From positions 80,228,001 through 80,292,000 of the forward strand of contig NC_043002.1 of the NCBI RefSeq assembly GCF_006345805.1: a DNA stretch of 64,000 bases. The letters are read 5' to 3'. The notes under the pieces are model-generated. The model was not told where the DNA came from. It did not search any database and saw only the letters and a program-made list of their open reading frames with translations. Below, piece after piece: positions 1 to 12,169 of the stretch (its first letter is position 1; every line of letters begins with the position of its first letter). The position numbers were made by a program, and so were the translations under genes. This DNA is from Octopus sinensis (taxonomy: Eukaryota).

Positions 1-249
1 CGCTATGTTACCGGGACGTTAACACATCAGCATCGGTTATCAAGCGATGTTGGGGGGACAAACACAGACACACAAACATATACACACACATATATACGAC
101 GGGCTTCTTTCAGTTTCTGTCTACCACAAGGCCATGGTCGGCCCGAAGCTATAGTAGAAGACACTTGCCCAAGGTACCACGCAGTGGGTTTGAACCAGAA
201 CAATGTGGTTCGTAAGCAAGCTACTTACCACACACGCCACTCCTACGCC

Positions 250-251
<2 letters not shown>
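1..251 (-). mobile_element. SINE-A (tRNA-derived head, internal microsatellite), partial
   Basis: Minus strand starts TAGGCGTAGGA-GTGGC-GTGTGGTAAGTAGCTTGC with a B-box-like GGTTCAAACCC; body matches the copies at 46000 and 61032; cut by the window edge. Confidence 0.9.
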
Positions 252-254
<3 letters not shown>

Positions 255-306
<52 letters not shown>

Positions 307-374
307 TATGTATACATAATATATATGTATACATAATATATATATGTATCTATCTATCTATCTATCTATCTATC

Positions 375-408
<34 letters not shown>

Positions 409-410
409 CA
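255..410. repeat. (TA)n and (TATC)n microsatellites
   Basis: Directly visible; source of the YLSI ORFs. Confidence 0.95.
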
Positions 411-1019
411 TCCATCGGTGTGTGGGTGTTATACGTATTTCGTCTTATTTACTCTCCATCTATATACCTATATATTTCTGTCTTCTCTTTATTGCAAGTA
501 TTATATCTTTTCTCTTTCGCTTCACCATTTTTTTCCTTTCATTCTTTGTTTATCTTCTTACATTGATCCCTATTTTCTTCCAACAGCTTCTATCGTTATA
601 TATACTACTTTGCTACTTCTATGCACCTGTTGATGTTTAGGGCAGACATGAACATTGTAGTACTTCCCATGTCCTCTTCCGCACCTTTATTGTTTATGTA
701 TCTTAAAGAAGTTTTTTTTTTATTTGCAGTTGTAATTTTTACTTGAAAGCGTGCGTACCAAACACACGTACAGGCTTACAAACGCGCGCGCGCGCACACA
801 CACACACACCACACACACACACACACACAAAAACAACACACACACACACACACACACTCATATATACGTGTTTGTGTGATTGTTGAGATATATTAATGCA
901 TGCTCTCTAACGTACAATCGCATAAGACTCCCAGAAATCGAAGAGAGACGCAAACCAACAGTCTGAAATTTCTGAACAGACACGTATATACTTACGTTTT
1001 TTTTTTTATACGAATGGAA

Positions 1020-1317
1020 CTTCGTCGGTTGCGACGATGTGTGTTTCACTTGATCCCATCAACGGAACAGCCATCACGTGAAATTTTTAACGTGCAAATG
1101 GTTGAACACTCCGCAAACACATTTACCCAAGACGTAGTTTTCTAGGAGATTCAGTGCAACTTTGACTTACAGGGTACAACTCGTTTTGGCCAGCTGATTG
1201 GATTGGACTACCATGAAATAAAGTGTCTTGCCCAAGAACACAACGCTCTGGCAGGACTCAAGCGCACGACCTTACAATCGTGAGCTGAACGTCCTAACCA
1301 CTAAGCCACGCGCCGTC
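1020..1317 (-). mobile_element. SINE-E (tRNA head, CORE-like TTCTTGGGCAAGACACTTTATTTCA)
   Basis: Head GCGCGTGGCTTAGTGGTTAGG on minus; body matches 40915-41170. Confidence 0.75.
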
Positions 1318-2189
1318 ACATTTTAATACATATTTCGTACACACACACACGCACACACGCATACATTCACACATACACGCATACACAAACATACACGCGC
1401 GAACATACGCACACATATACACACACATACACAAACATACACGCGAGCACATACACACACATATACACACATACACACATACATACTTACACACACATAC
1501 ACTATGTGTATAGATAGACATACGTAGATAGTGTGTATACACTAACAATCACACCAAGTCAAAATTATACTCGCACGCACATACAATAGACATCAACAAA
1601 TATCATAGTCGCAGCACGCAAAAACGCATCAATCAGATATACAAAAAACACACATACACACACACAGGCACTTCCATCCGCACAAACACACACACACACG
1701 CATACACACTCACATACACACATACATATCGAGATTATCACTTAACAAAAATTCCCAAAAACATCTATGTACAATGTCCACAAACACACCAGCATCCAAA
1801 CATACCGTCTATTAATACAACCATATATAATATATACACACATACAAACAAAAAACCTATCATATTCTTTCTAAAAATTTTTGCCTATATTTCTCATCTC
1901 TTTGTCTCATATTCCCCCCACCCCAACCCCTCCTCTCACATACATCCACTTGCTTTCTTTCTCTGACTCCTCTCGCTCTCTTTTTTTTTCACTCATCTAT
2001 ATTATTCTTCTCTCCAACTCCGTTCTCTTTCTTCTCTTCTCTCTCCCTCTCTCTGTCTCTCTCTCTGTTGCTCTACTTATCCTTCTTCCAATCTCTGGTA
2101 TATTTCTGTTCTTTCTCTCCATTCCCTCTTTCACTTCACTTATTTTTTCTTTTTCTTTGTTCACTTAATTTCTCCCTCTCTCTCTCTAC

Positions 2190-2239
<50 letters not shown>

Positions 2240-3662
2240 GTCTATTTATCTATCACTCTTGCATACATTTTTGCTCTCTCTCTCTAACTTCTCTCTTTTA
2301 TCTAACCCTCCCCCTCTCTCTCTCTAACACTCTCCGTCTCTTTGCTTACTTATTTTCACAATCAAACTTTCATTCTACCTTCCCCCCTTTCTCTCTCTTT
2401 CTCTTTAATCTTTCTCTCTCTATTTTCAAATCTCGATTTTCTCCTTCCTCTTACCAATTACTCACTCTGTCTGTTTTCCTTTCTTGCTTTCTCTTTCTCT
2501 GTCTGTCTCTGTCTCTGTGTCTGTCTCTCTTTCGTTTTCTCTCTCACTATCTCTTTCCCTCTCTTTTTCTCACTCCAACCGTCTCTCATTTCCGTTGTAT
2601 TTCCTTTTCTTCAGTATTTTCTTCTCGCCTGTTCCACACAAATAACTGTATGTTTTTCAATCTATATTGGCAAGAGTTTCATGTAGCGCCTGGGTGGCTC
2701 ACAATTAACAAACAACACATTATATTTTATTTTTCATTGTTTGTTTTCTTTCTCACTCACTCTACCCATTCATTCAACGATAAGAAAAAAATCTCGAAAA
2801 CTTGGCTTGCCTTTGGCTTGGCGTGTCTTGCTATCTCTTCATACAGGATCATAAAATGGATTGGCGGTGTTGAGTTGCCAATATTGCAGATGTCAGTATG
2901 ACTTCTAATACCACCAACCACACCCATTCATCTGGCTAACTCTCTATTTAAAGAGTTTATAGAGAAAGCTTCTGAGTGACCTCTCAACCGTCTAGAAATC
3001 GCAGTCAAAAATCCATTTATAAGACACTCGTTCTGTCATGAAATTCAAGGACGATGTGATAGTCAAGGTTATACAAAAACCATGGAATGTTCATTGCCAG
3101 TATTCTTTGAAAATACATTTGATTGATTAGGGTTAATTTAGGGCTTCTACGGGGTTAATCAACAAAAAAGAAACACCTACGTGGTAATCCGGCTCGCAAG
3201 AAATGGTAGCCTAATTATCCTCAAATTACACTGCTGGTGTCTTGAAAAAGACGTAAACATTGTGGTCAATATAATAGACCAAGGAAAAGATGACAAGTCG
3301 TGGGAGGAATGTCTATGAGAATCTAACTGGCATAAAACAGCAATAACAACTTCTGCTACTACTACTAATACTACTATTGCTGTTACTACAACAATCAGCT
3401 ATCTAGTTATTCATAATTCAAAGACCTCCCGCAAAGAGCTGTGGGTTCGGGTCCCATGCGTACAGAAACCCTACTTTTTTCCGTCGAGGGCGTATATGTC
3501 CCAATATTAGACTATTTTCTGTAGTCATTACATAGTGATCGCTTATAAGCGTTAAGCTTATAAAATATTATCTTTTACAGAATTGTAAAAATGGACACAG
3601 CTTACCAAAAGAAAAAAAAAAGAAAAAGAAAAAGAAAGAAAACAAAACCATCGCATATATAT

Positions 3663-3696
<34 letters not shown>

Positions 3697-3697
<1 letters not shown>

Positions 3698-3895
3698 GGC
3701 ATTCGCCATGATAGATCGCTAGCCACTACACATTCTTTATTTTCTATCCTTGTTTCTTTCTGTGTTCCTTTCTGTGGAAGAGCGTAAGGCTCGAAACGTG
3801 AAAGACTTTTTCACTTCCCGAGCATTATACTAATACATCTGTTTGTTGTCTACACCACCTGTCTTCGTCATTTATGCTTTTGCGAATTCTCCCCA
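3697..3895 (+). mobile_element. Penelope-type terminal-repeat-like element with hammerhead-like motif
   Basis: Closely similar to 33155-33335; contains CTGTGGA-A-GAGC-GTAAG-GCTC-GAAAC-GT. Confidence 0.55.
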
Positions 3896-4491
3896 CCACC
3901 ACCTATATATATATATTAATACATTCACAATATAATGATATAGAAATATAAACATATATATATGAATGTGAAAAATATGGAATAGAGGGAGTAATAGATT
4001 TTAAAAAAGAGTTTTTGGTACCATATTTAACGGAAATGAAGTATTCCGAAGATTGTTTCTAGAGTTCATTCAAAGAGTACATGTGAGTCTTACGATTCAA
4101 TTCCAAGGAGTGCCCCCATCATCAGGGGAAAAAGAAAAAAATAGTATTTGCACTAGAAGTGTATTAAATGGTTTTAATACATTTATTTTGAATTTTTAAA
4201 AGAAATGTCTTTCTATATTTCATTATTCTTATCTATATTTTTATCTATACTCTATTATGCTTATATATCTATATATTTATTTGTCCTTGCATATTTTTAT
4301 ATTTCTATATCTTTATATTTTAAATGTATCAATATATGCTTTAGACAATTCTATCATATTACACCCGTATATGTATACACCAATCGTAGTCTGCCTGAGT
4401 TGAACTTCTCTATATCTTTACTTGTCTAGCGTCTCGGGTTTGACTCAAGCATTTCCACGCTTTTTATGCGTTTCTTAAGAAAATTTATATG

Positions 4492-4551
<60 letters not shown>

Positions 4552-4618
4552 GTATGCATTTATGTATGTATGTATGTATGTATGCATGCATGTATGTATG
4601 TATGTTTATGTATATATA

Positions 4619-5870
4619 CAGACATGCAAGAAGTAAATAGACATCTTTAATTTTCAAAGTCTCTGATCTAAGCGTTTTAATATGCTTTCAGTGGTGTAGA
4701 ATTTACAATGCAATTATTCATTTTCATTCCAGGTTCCATTATATTAAACATTTGCGAAGTAACCATGGCACGCACAAAAAATTCAGCAGAAATGTCAGAT
4801 TTTCAAAGAAGTCGTATTGTTGGGCAATCTGATGCGGGACTTAGCCAGCGAAAAATTGCCGAAAATCTTCAAATTCCACTTGCTACTGCTAATAGAATTA
4901 TAGTGCAATGCAAAATCCAAAGAAAAGAATCAACAGATTCTCGGCCAGGCCGACCTGGGCCCTCGGAAGGGGAGCTTCGCTGTTTGAAGAGAATTGTGGA
5001 AAAACGAACCCCGTTCGAAGGCTTCTCACAGTGCAAAACAGCTAGAAGTTAGTCGAAGAGCGTGTGTTACATATCTGCATAAGCTTGGGTATTATGGACG
5101 AGCAGGTAGAAGAAAACCTCTCGTTCAACCAATTAATATCACGAAAAGAAAAAATGGGCTAAGGCGATCTCAGAAAAATCTAGTTCATTTGGGGATAGAG
5201 TGATTTTCTCAGATGAATCCAGATTTGCCTTATTTTCAGACAGCGGGTGTGTTTGGGTCTGGAGGTTTCTCAATCAAAACTTTGATTTCAAACGATTCCA
5301 ACCAACTGTGAAACATGGTGGTATGGGTAGCTGTCACCAGCAACGATCGTTTTGAGCTGATCGAATGTGTTGGAACCATAAACTCTGAAAAATACATCGA
5401 AATACTTAAGCAAGGACTACGTCCGATGTATATACTCGATAACATAACAAAAAAATGAGTTTTTATTCATGGAAGATGGGGCTCCATGCCACAAAGTGAA
5501 AAGGAATCAACAATGGCTGACTGAAAATGGGATAAAAAAGCTTCCTTGGCCGAGCCAATCTTCTGACATGAACCCAATTGAAAATCTTTGGAACATACTA
5601 GATAGAGCTATACGAAAAACTCGACAGAAACCTAAATCTCAAGATGAACTGTTTCGATCGTTGCATAAAAAGTGGCCAGAAACTCCACAAGAGACAACCA
5701 CAAAGCTCATCAGTTCAATCCCAAAAAGAGTTTCTGAATTAAAAACTGCAAAGTGAATGTCAACTAAATACTAAAGTATGTAGTTTTACCTATCGATTAC
5801 GTTTCAATTGTTCGCTTTGCGTATTAAATAAAAGATTTTGAAAATTAAAGGTGTCTAATTACTTTTTGCA

Positions 5871-5876
<6 letters not shown>
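4619..5876 (+). mobile_element. Tc1 (DD34E) DNA transposon, full length, decayed
   Basis: 44-bp imperfect TIRs (4619-4662 vs 5833-5876, 5 mismatches), flanked by TA, enclosing a transposase pseudogene. Confidence 0.92.
4765..5756 (+). pseudogene. Tc1 transposase pseudogene
   Basis: HTH start MARTKNSAEMSDFQRSRIVG, VIFSDESRF near 5200, EDGAPCH and WPSQSSDMNPIENLW. Exactly 34 residues lie between the second D and the E. Several frameshifts and stops. Confidence 0.92.
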
Positions 5877-5907
<31 letters not shown>

Positions 5908-6387
5908 GCACTCGGGCTGTTCGGACTTAGCCCAAGTATAAATTTAGTAAATTGAACGTGATTTGCTAGCTGATTTAATTTCTGCCAACGCTGATTTGAA
6001 GTAAGTATTTTCAGCCAAATAACTCGGGCTACTTTTATTTAGCTAGGTAGCAGTTCATTTATTTTCTTTGGGCGTCTGGCGGTTGTCTTAGAGGTGCCCT
6101 GTGTCCAAAAAAATCACCCGTAGAAGACCTTGTCTCGATATCATTCACACGCGCCTGACTCAGGCTCAAAAGTTACAGCCCCTGCTGTTATCTATAATCG
6201 TAAAAATTAAAAGTAATTCAAATTAAATGTTTTCTTTAAAAAATAAAATTTCTATAGAGATTGGGATTTAAATTCCAATCTATGAAAAGTTTTCGTTCTA
6301 CAATATTCTTGAAGGGACGAAAAATTACCCAGCAACTCGGGCTATTACGAATGAGCCTGGTAGGTGTAAAAGGTTAGTTGGCAGCTC

Positions 6388-6947
6388 GGATCTTTTCATT
6401 TTGAAGTCCAGCTTTTAAGTACCAATTACGCACTGGTGTCGAGAATTTTTTTTCCCAATTTATATCACAGCTTCCGACAAGCTGGGAGCATCCTTTTATG
6501 AAAAAATATTTCGCAAATTTTTACAATACTACTCACACTCCACGCAAAAACTCGAGACCGATTTAGGCATATTATTGTTTTGTTTGTGTTGTTTCTGGCC
6601 CTTCAAAACCATGGGAGAAGCCTTTTCGGTAAAAAAAAATAAAGAAAATATTCAAAAAATATCGTTAATATTTTTTTATTGGGCGACGAAATTAATCGAT
6701 TTAAGAGATATAGCTGTTATTTCTAGCACATGTAGAAGACAGAAGAAGAGGTAAATAATTTGAGCTCGAATGCTGCGATTTCATTGGTTAAAATTCGTAA
6801 AAATTAAACTACGTTTAAGTTACGAATAACAATTTTGTTTTCAATTTTGTTTACAATAATGTTTTCTTTTGACACATTCTACCAGTATACGAAGTTTCAA
6901 ATTTTTTAGTTAACTAGGAAAATCTGGCCTTCAAAATGAAAAGATCC
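6388..6947. mobile_element. MITE with GGATC TIRs and 8-bp TSD (Merlin-like by end structure)
   Basis: TIR GGATCTTTTCATTTTGAAG(T/G)CCAG at both ends; flanks GGCAGCTC (6380-6387) and GGCATCTC (6948-6955). Confidence 0.85.
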
Positions 6948-7262
6948 GGCATCTCTTGTCAGAAGTACATCGCTGATGTTTGGTGCGCACTCAGCTGTCG
7001 TTATTTGATTGCCGTTATTCTGCGCGTCTGTGTGCAAAATCAGTTGTGTTTTGCAAGGTTGCTTTATTTTTACCCGTAACTTGTAACTGGAGAGAGACAT
7101 AGTACCAGATATACAAATAAGCCATTTGGGGCTAGAAATAAAGCGGAAAAATGTGAAATTCTTCGAGCCGGCATGTGTCTTATGCGGAATCTGTGATGCG
7201 CCCGAGTGACGCTGCTGACCTGGAGTCATATATATATATATGTGTATGTGTGTGTTTGCGTG

Positions 7263-7315
<53 letters not shown>

Positions 7316-7496
7316 ACACACACACACATTTCTCGACACATCTCTCTATTTCGTTCCAGCTCTCAGCCGAAGCGTCGTCACTGAGAGCCAGCAGGCAATC
7401 AGCGAACACAGACGCCAAGCGGGCGTGACCGGTACTTGCAGCGTCATCATACGGCTCGCGCCTGTAGGGGACTGGGAGCGGTTCTGATCTCAGTCG

Positions 7497-7540
7497 TATG
7501 TATGTATGTATGTATGTATGTATGTATGTATGTATGTGTG

Positions 7541-7574
<34 letters not shown>

Positions 7575-7810
7575 ACTAGCTATATCTATATATATATATT
7601 AGTAAATTCGTATGTATATATGTATTTATGTATGTATGTATGTATGCATGTGTGTATGTATGTATGCGTGTATGCATACATGTATGTATTTACGCATGTA
7701 TGCATGTATGCATGCATATGTATGTATCTATGTAGATAGATACATACATACATATATACTTACATATACATGCATACATACATACATACATACATACATA
7801 CATACATACA
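7497..7810. repeat. (TATG)n/(TATC)n/(CATA)n compound microsatellite
   Basis: Directly visible. Confidence 0.95.
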
Positions 7811-8171
7811 GATTTTACTAATTCGGCATCATTGAGAGAGAATCGAACTGCTGGATTTGTGACTCTGACGGAGAACCGCTCGTTCAACAAGAACATATAT
7901 CTTACCCAACAAGTAACCACTTCAACATACCCTCAAAAAATACCCTTAAATGATTAAGAACCTTAATAAGAGAAACAGAAAATATTAAATTAGAAGCAAA
8001 ATGGAACTGCATGATTAATGAGTTACGTATAATGAAGCTTTTGCTTCGGAATCATCACTTTCACCACGAAATGTGTCCAAGACATTTGGAACTGGTTATG
8101 ACATTGACACAATATGTTCTTCAGAAACAGTGTTAACTCATTTGGTTGAATGGATTTTGAAAGCACTATAT

Positions 8172-8521
8172 ATTTATTTACTACCCACAAGCGGCTAAAC
8201 ACAGAAGGGACAAACAAGGACAGACAAACGGATTAAGTCGATTACATCGACCCCAGTGCGTAACTGGTACTTAATTTATCGACCCCGAAAGGATGAAAGG
8301 CAAAGTCGACCTCGGCGGACCGGCAGAGGAAATACCTATTTCTTTACTACCCACAAGGGTCTAAACACAGAGGGGACAAACAAGGAGAGACAAACGGATT
8401 AAGTCGATTACATCGGCCCCAGTGTGTAAACTGGTACTTAATTTATTGACCCCGAAAGGATGAAAGGCAAAGTCGACCTCGGCGGAATTTGAACTCAGAA
8501 CGTAACGGCAGACGAAATACG
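8172..8521 (-). mobile_element. SINE-B dimer, 3' part of the host SINE split by the LINE
   Basis: Two tandem bodies (GTCGACTTTGCCTTTCATCCTTTCGGGGTC...GTGGGTAGTAAAGAAATA) lacking the head; the head lies at 13886-13934. Confidence 0.92.
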
Positions 8522-8765
8522 AATTTCTTTATTGCCCACCGGGGCCAAACATAGATATGGACAGTACAACTGATGGGATCAGTGAATCGATATGATTTTA
8601 CATAAATGTGACATCAAAAATAAAATACAATACATAAAAATCGAATGGAATACACAGTACAAAACACTACAAATGAAGCGATGATCAAGTTACGCTCCGA
8701 TCCCACAAGCCCCGATCTACCGCTGATACCTTTTTATTTTTCCTTTTTTTTTTTTCCACGTCTAT

Positions 8766-11700
8766 TCACACGGTTCCTTGCACGCACAACACTCGTGCAA
8801 CATACTTCCATCTCTTTTGGAACGTACACTCTAACAGACACCTCTTCTCCAGCCACAGTTTCCTTTTCAAATGAAAAGAAAAAAAAGGATCGTAAATCGT
8901 CACCAGAGATAAAGTTGCCTGTCTTAATTCCTTTTATCCTAGTATTCCATACAGCCTCTTTTGCTATTGCTACAACCGTGAGAAAACAATTCTTACCTTC
9001 GTTCGTTAGAACTCCCGGTGGGTCAATTTTTATAATTGACTCAGTCGACAGCCGTACTCTTCCTTCGCCGACAACAGATGTTCAGCATAAGCCCACATTT
9101 CAGTTATCTCCGGACACTGAACAATAGCGTGAGGGACGGTTTCCCTGTCCCCACCGCATCTTGGACAGGTCGGCGACTGACGTTTACCATGTCTTGCGAG
9201 TTTATCCCAAACGGGCAAGGCACCTCTGTAGCATTGCCAGGTTAAGGACTTTTGGAAGTTGTCCAACGTTCTCAACCCGAATGTACGAAGAAACAAGCTG
9301 TCCAGTTGAATAAATCCGAGACCTAGAGTCGACCCCAGGCCATCGTCGCATTCAGACTCTACCAACCCACTATATAAAATCCGTGTGGAACCCCCACCGC
9401 TGGCGTTGCCCGAGCGCCGGAACAGCAAGAGGGCCTTACGGCACTCTTTATGCCACTCACTCGACCTCGGTCTACGAGAACACCAGGCTTCCTGTTCGCA
9501 AAAACTCTTGAACTCAGGGAACATTTGTCTGGCCAGCGGAGACCACACCCGTTCACTATCCAGGAGAATCCAGAGGTGCCTCAACCTCAACGCATGTCTG
9601 CGCATCATTAACCAAGGCATCCCTAAACCTCCATTTAAAGGCTTTTGACAGCAGACAGAGCGTTTCACAAGTGGCGACCTGCCCTTCCACAAAAAGCGAA
9701 AGAGCTGTCTCTCCAACCTGATCAACCACGAATCCGGACAGGGCACGAAGTCAGGCGGTAGGTAATGACCGATGCGATAAACACATTGGCCACTTCCGCC
9801 CTCCCTTTCAGGGATAGCCACCGCCAAGACCAAGTCTTGACTACTGCAGCCACCTGCTCAATACCTCCGTCCAGTTCTTCTCTATCTGGAGGCCTGGTCC
9901 AAACCAGACTCCCAGCAACTTAACCGGTCCCTCCGTCCAGCGCCTAACAACACTGTCTGAAGGCATCGACTTGCCAACCCAGGTGCCGAGCTGCAAGCCG
10001 ACCGACTTTTCCCGGTTAATCTTTGCTCCTGCTACCTCCTCGTAAGCCTCAATAGTCTTACCTACTTCACGTAGGCGTACCACTGTGGTTACACTGATAG
10101 TGATATCATCCGCGAAAGCCGTAACAAACTCCTCTAGTCCTGGTTCTCTCGGGATGCCACTCAACCTTTGCAGTAATGGCTCGAGAGCCATCACATACAA
10201 AAGTGGTGAAAGCGGACATCCTTGACGAACCGAGCGTCTGATGCAGAACGGCTTCGAAAGGAAACCGTTCACCCGAACTATCGAGTCAATGTTGTGGTAC
10301 AAAGCGATAAACCACCCGAGGAAGCCAAGGCCCAGGCCAAACCGCGCAAGTACAGTCGCTAGGTATCGATGGTCAACCCTATCAAAAGCTTTAGACTGGT
10401 CCAAATGCACCAATGCCCCACCTTTGCCAGATTTATTACCAAACCTCTCTATGGTATAGCGAATAAGATGGAGGGTATCCTGAATGGTTCTGCCTGGGAT
10501 GGCACATGTCTGTGCCTCCCCGACTATACCATTCGCGACACGCGCCAACCTTTTTGCTAGAACCTTGGCCAAAATCTTCACTTCTGCGTTTAACAGAGTG
10601 ATGGGCCTGAAATTCTCTAGAACGTCCCCCTTATCCGGGTCCTTTCTGACCAACGTCACTACTCCCCGGCGCACAGATCTGGGGATAAACCCATTCTGTT
10701 TCCAGTTCGCGTACACGTCAGTCAGTAGTTGCCCGAACAAGTCTGGCATACATTTATACAGCTCGTACGGAAGACCATCAAGTCCCGGTGACTTACCCGC
10801 TTTACAATCGGCCAAAGCCTCCATCACCTCCTCAAGTGTGATTGGCCCTTCGCAAGACTCCGCATCCGACCCCGAGAGGCACGGCAGCCCGGTAAGAAAG
10901 TCCTCGAGGGCTCTCCCACCACCAGGACCGCCGTCACCCCCGAACAGCTGGGCGAAGTACTCCCGAAAGACCTCACACATTTTCTCGGGTTCGTTTATCA
11001 AGACACCATTTTGATTCGTCAAAGACCGAATAGAGGAACTATTTCCTTGCCGAGCTTCCACCACTCGGGCCCATCCAGCGGCTTTGATTCCTTCACTTCC
11101 CATTGCACGTAACTTAGCTCTGGTAATACTTCCCATGTGGTGGGCTTCAAGATGCTGGTTTAACTCCAGTCTTTTTCACCCTCGCTTGGTCTGTATTACC
11201 AGTCCTCCAGGCTTCTTCTAGTTCCTTAACTAGACCATCTCCTATTTTACGTCCCTTCTTAGCTAAACTTATGCTAAACCTAATAGACTCATATTTGATG
11301 GCTCTTTTTAGGGCGTACCACCATTTGTTATTAATGATGGTACCTGTTAATGCCCTCTGTATTAACATCTTGATCCGCTTTCTGTACTCCTCAATCGCCA
11401 AAAGGGACGTATTGAGTTTCCAGTAGCCAGATCCCTGTCTATGCAACTTATCTACCGTCAGTTTACAGGTAACCATCTTGTGGTCACTGTAGCTGACTAG
11501 AAAAAACTGTGGACACTCAACTATGGACTTATCTTTTTCTCTAATTAAAATCCTATCTAGATATGTTCTGGTAGACCCGTCACTATTTGACCACGTCCAC
11601 TGTGGAGTGTTCGGGTGCTCCAACCTATATGGATCTGCTAGCTGAAATTGACTTAGCAGATCCCGAAAGCCTGTGTTACATTTTCTGTTCATGTTCGAGT

Positions 11701-12163
11701 TTGAGCCAACACAATCTGTGTGTGCTGCACATATTGTATTAGAGTCTCCTAACACTACTAGTGAATGCGACGTGGCTAGGAACTTTCCTAGGCCACGAAA
11801 ATATTCAGTTTGCGGGCCAATAATGTTTGGTGCATAAATAGCGACCAGCCTGATTGTCTTGCCACAACTGAATGTCAAGTCGAGAACGACCAGCCTGCCT
11901 TCTGGGTCAGAAAAAACCAACTTTTTCTCGGCTACCCGGTTTCTTTTTAGTAGGACCAACACCCCACCCCCCCTCCCCCGACTCGGAGAAACGTATTTCT
12001 CGTAGCCGTTCAGGAGGGGGAGCAGATCTCTTGGCCCCTTCACCCGGGTTTCCGTTGCAACAATTACATCCAAATTTCTCGACCTGATGTCATTCAGAAA
12101 GCGTCCTTGCTTCCAGCTTGACAACAGGCCATGAACATTTAAACAACCAATGTGAATAGCCAT
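8766..12163 (-). pseudogene. LINE ORF2: APE endonuclease, reverse transcriptase, zf-RVT (about 4 frameshifts)
   Basis: APE motifs CLNVHGL, ATETR, VLGDSN, WTWS, YLDRIL, SDHKMV. RT motifs PGLDG, FRPITLLN, QGCPLSPLLY, FADD. C-terminal CPRC..ETVPHAIVQC. Pieces are track ORFs 11147-12166, 9841-11136 and 9030-9833, plus a shifted tail (AKEAVWNTR...FQKRW...GTV*) ending at 8766. Confidence 0.93.
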
Positions 12164-12169
12164 CACTTA

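Noticed and set aside
8172-8520. Repeated SINE-B bodies as a CRISPR-like array
   Set aside because: Long SINE units without unique spacers, in eukaryotic DNA.
8645-11014. Plus-strand ORFs over the LINE (8645-9127, 10484-11014 and others)
   Set aside because: Antisense shadows of ORF2.
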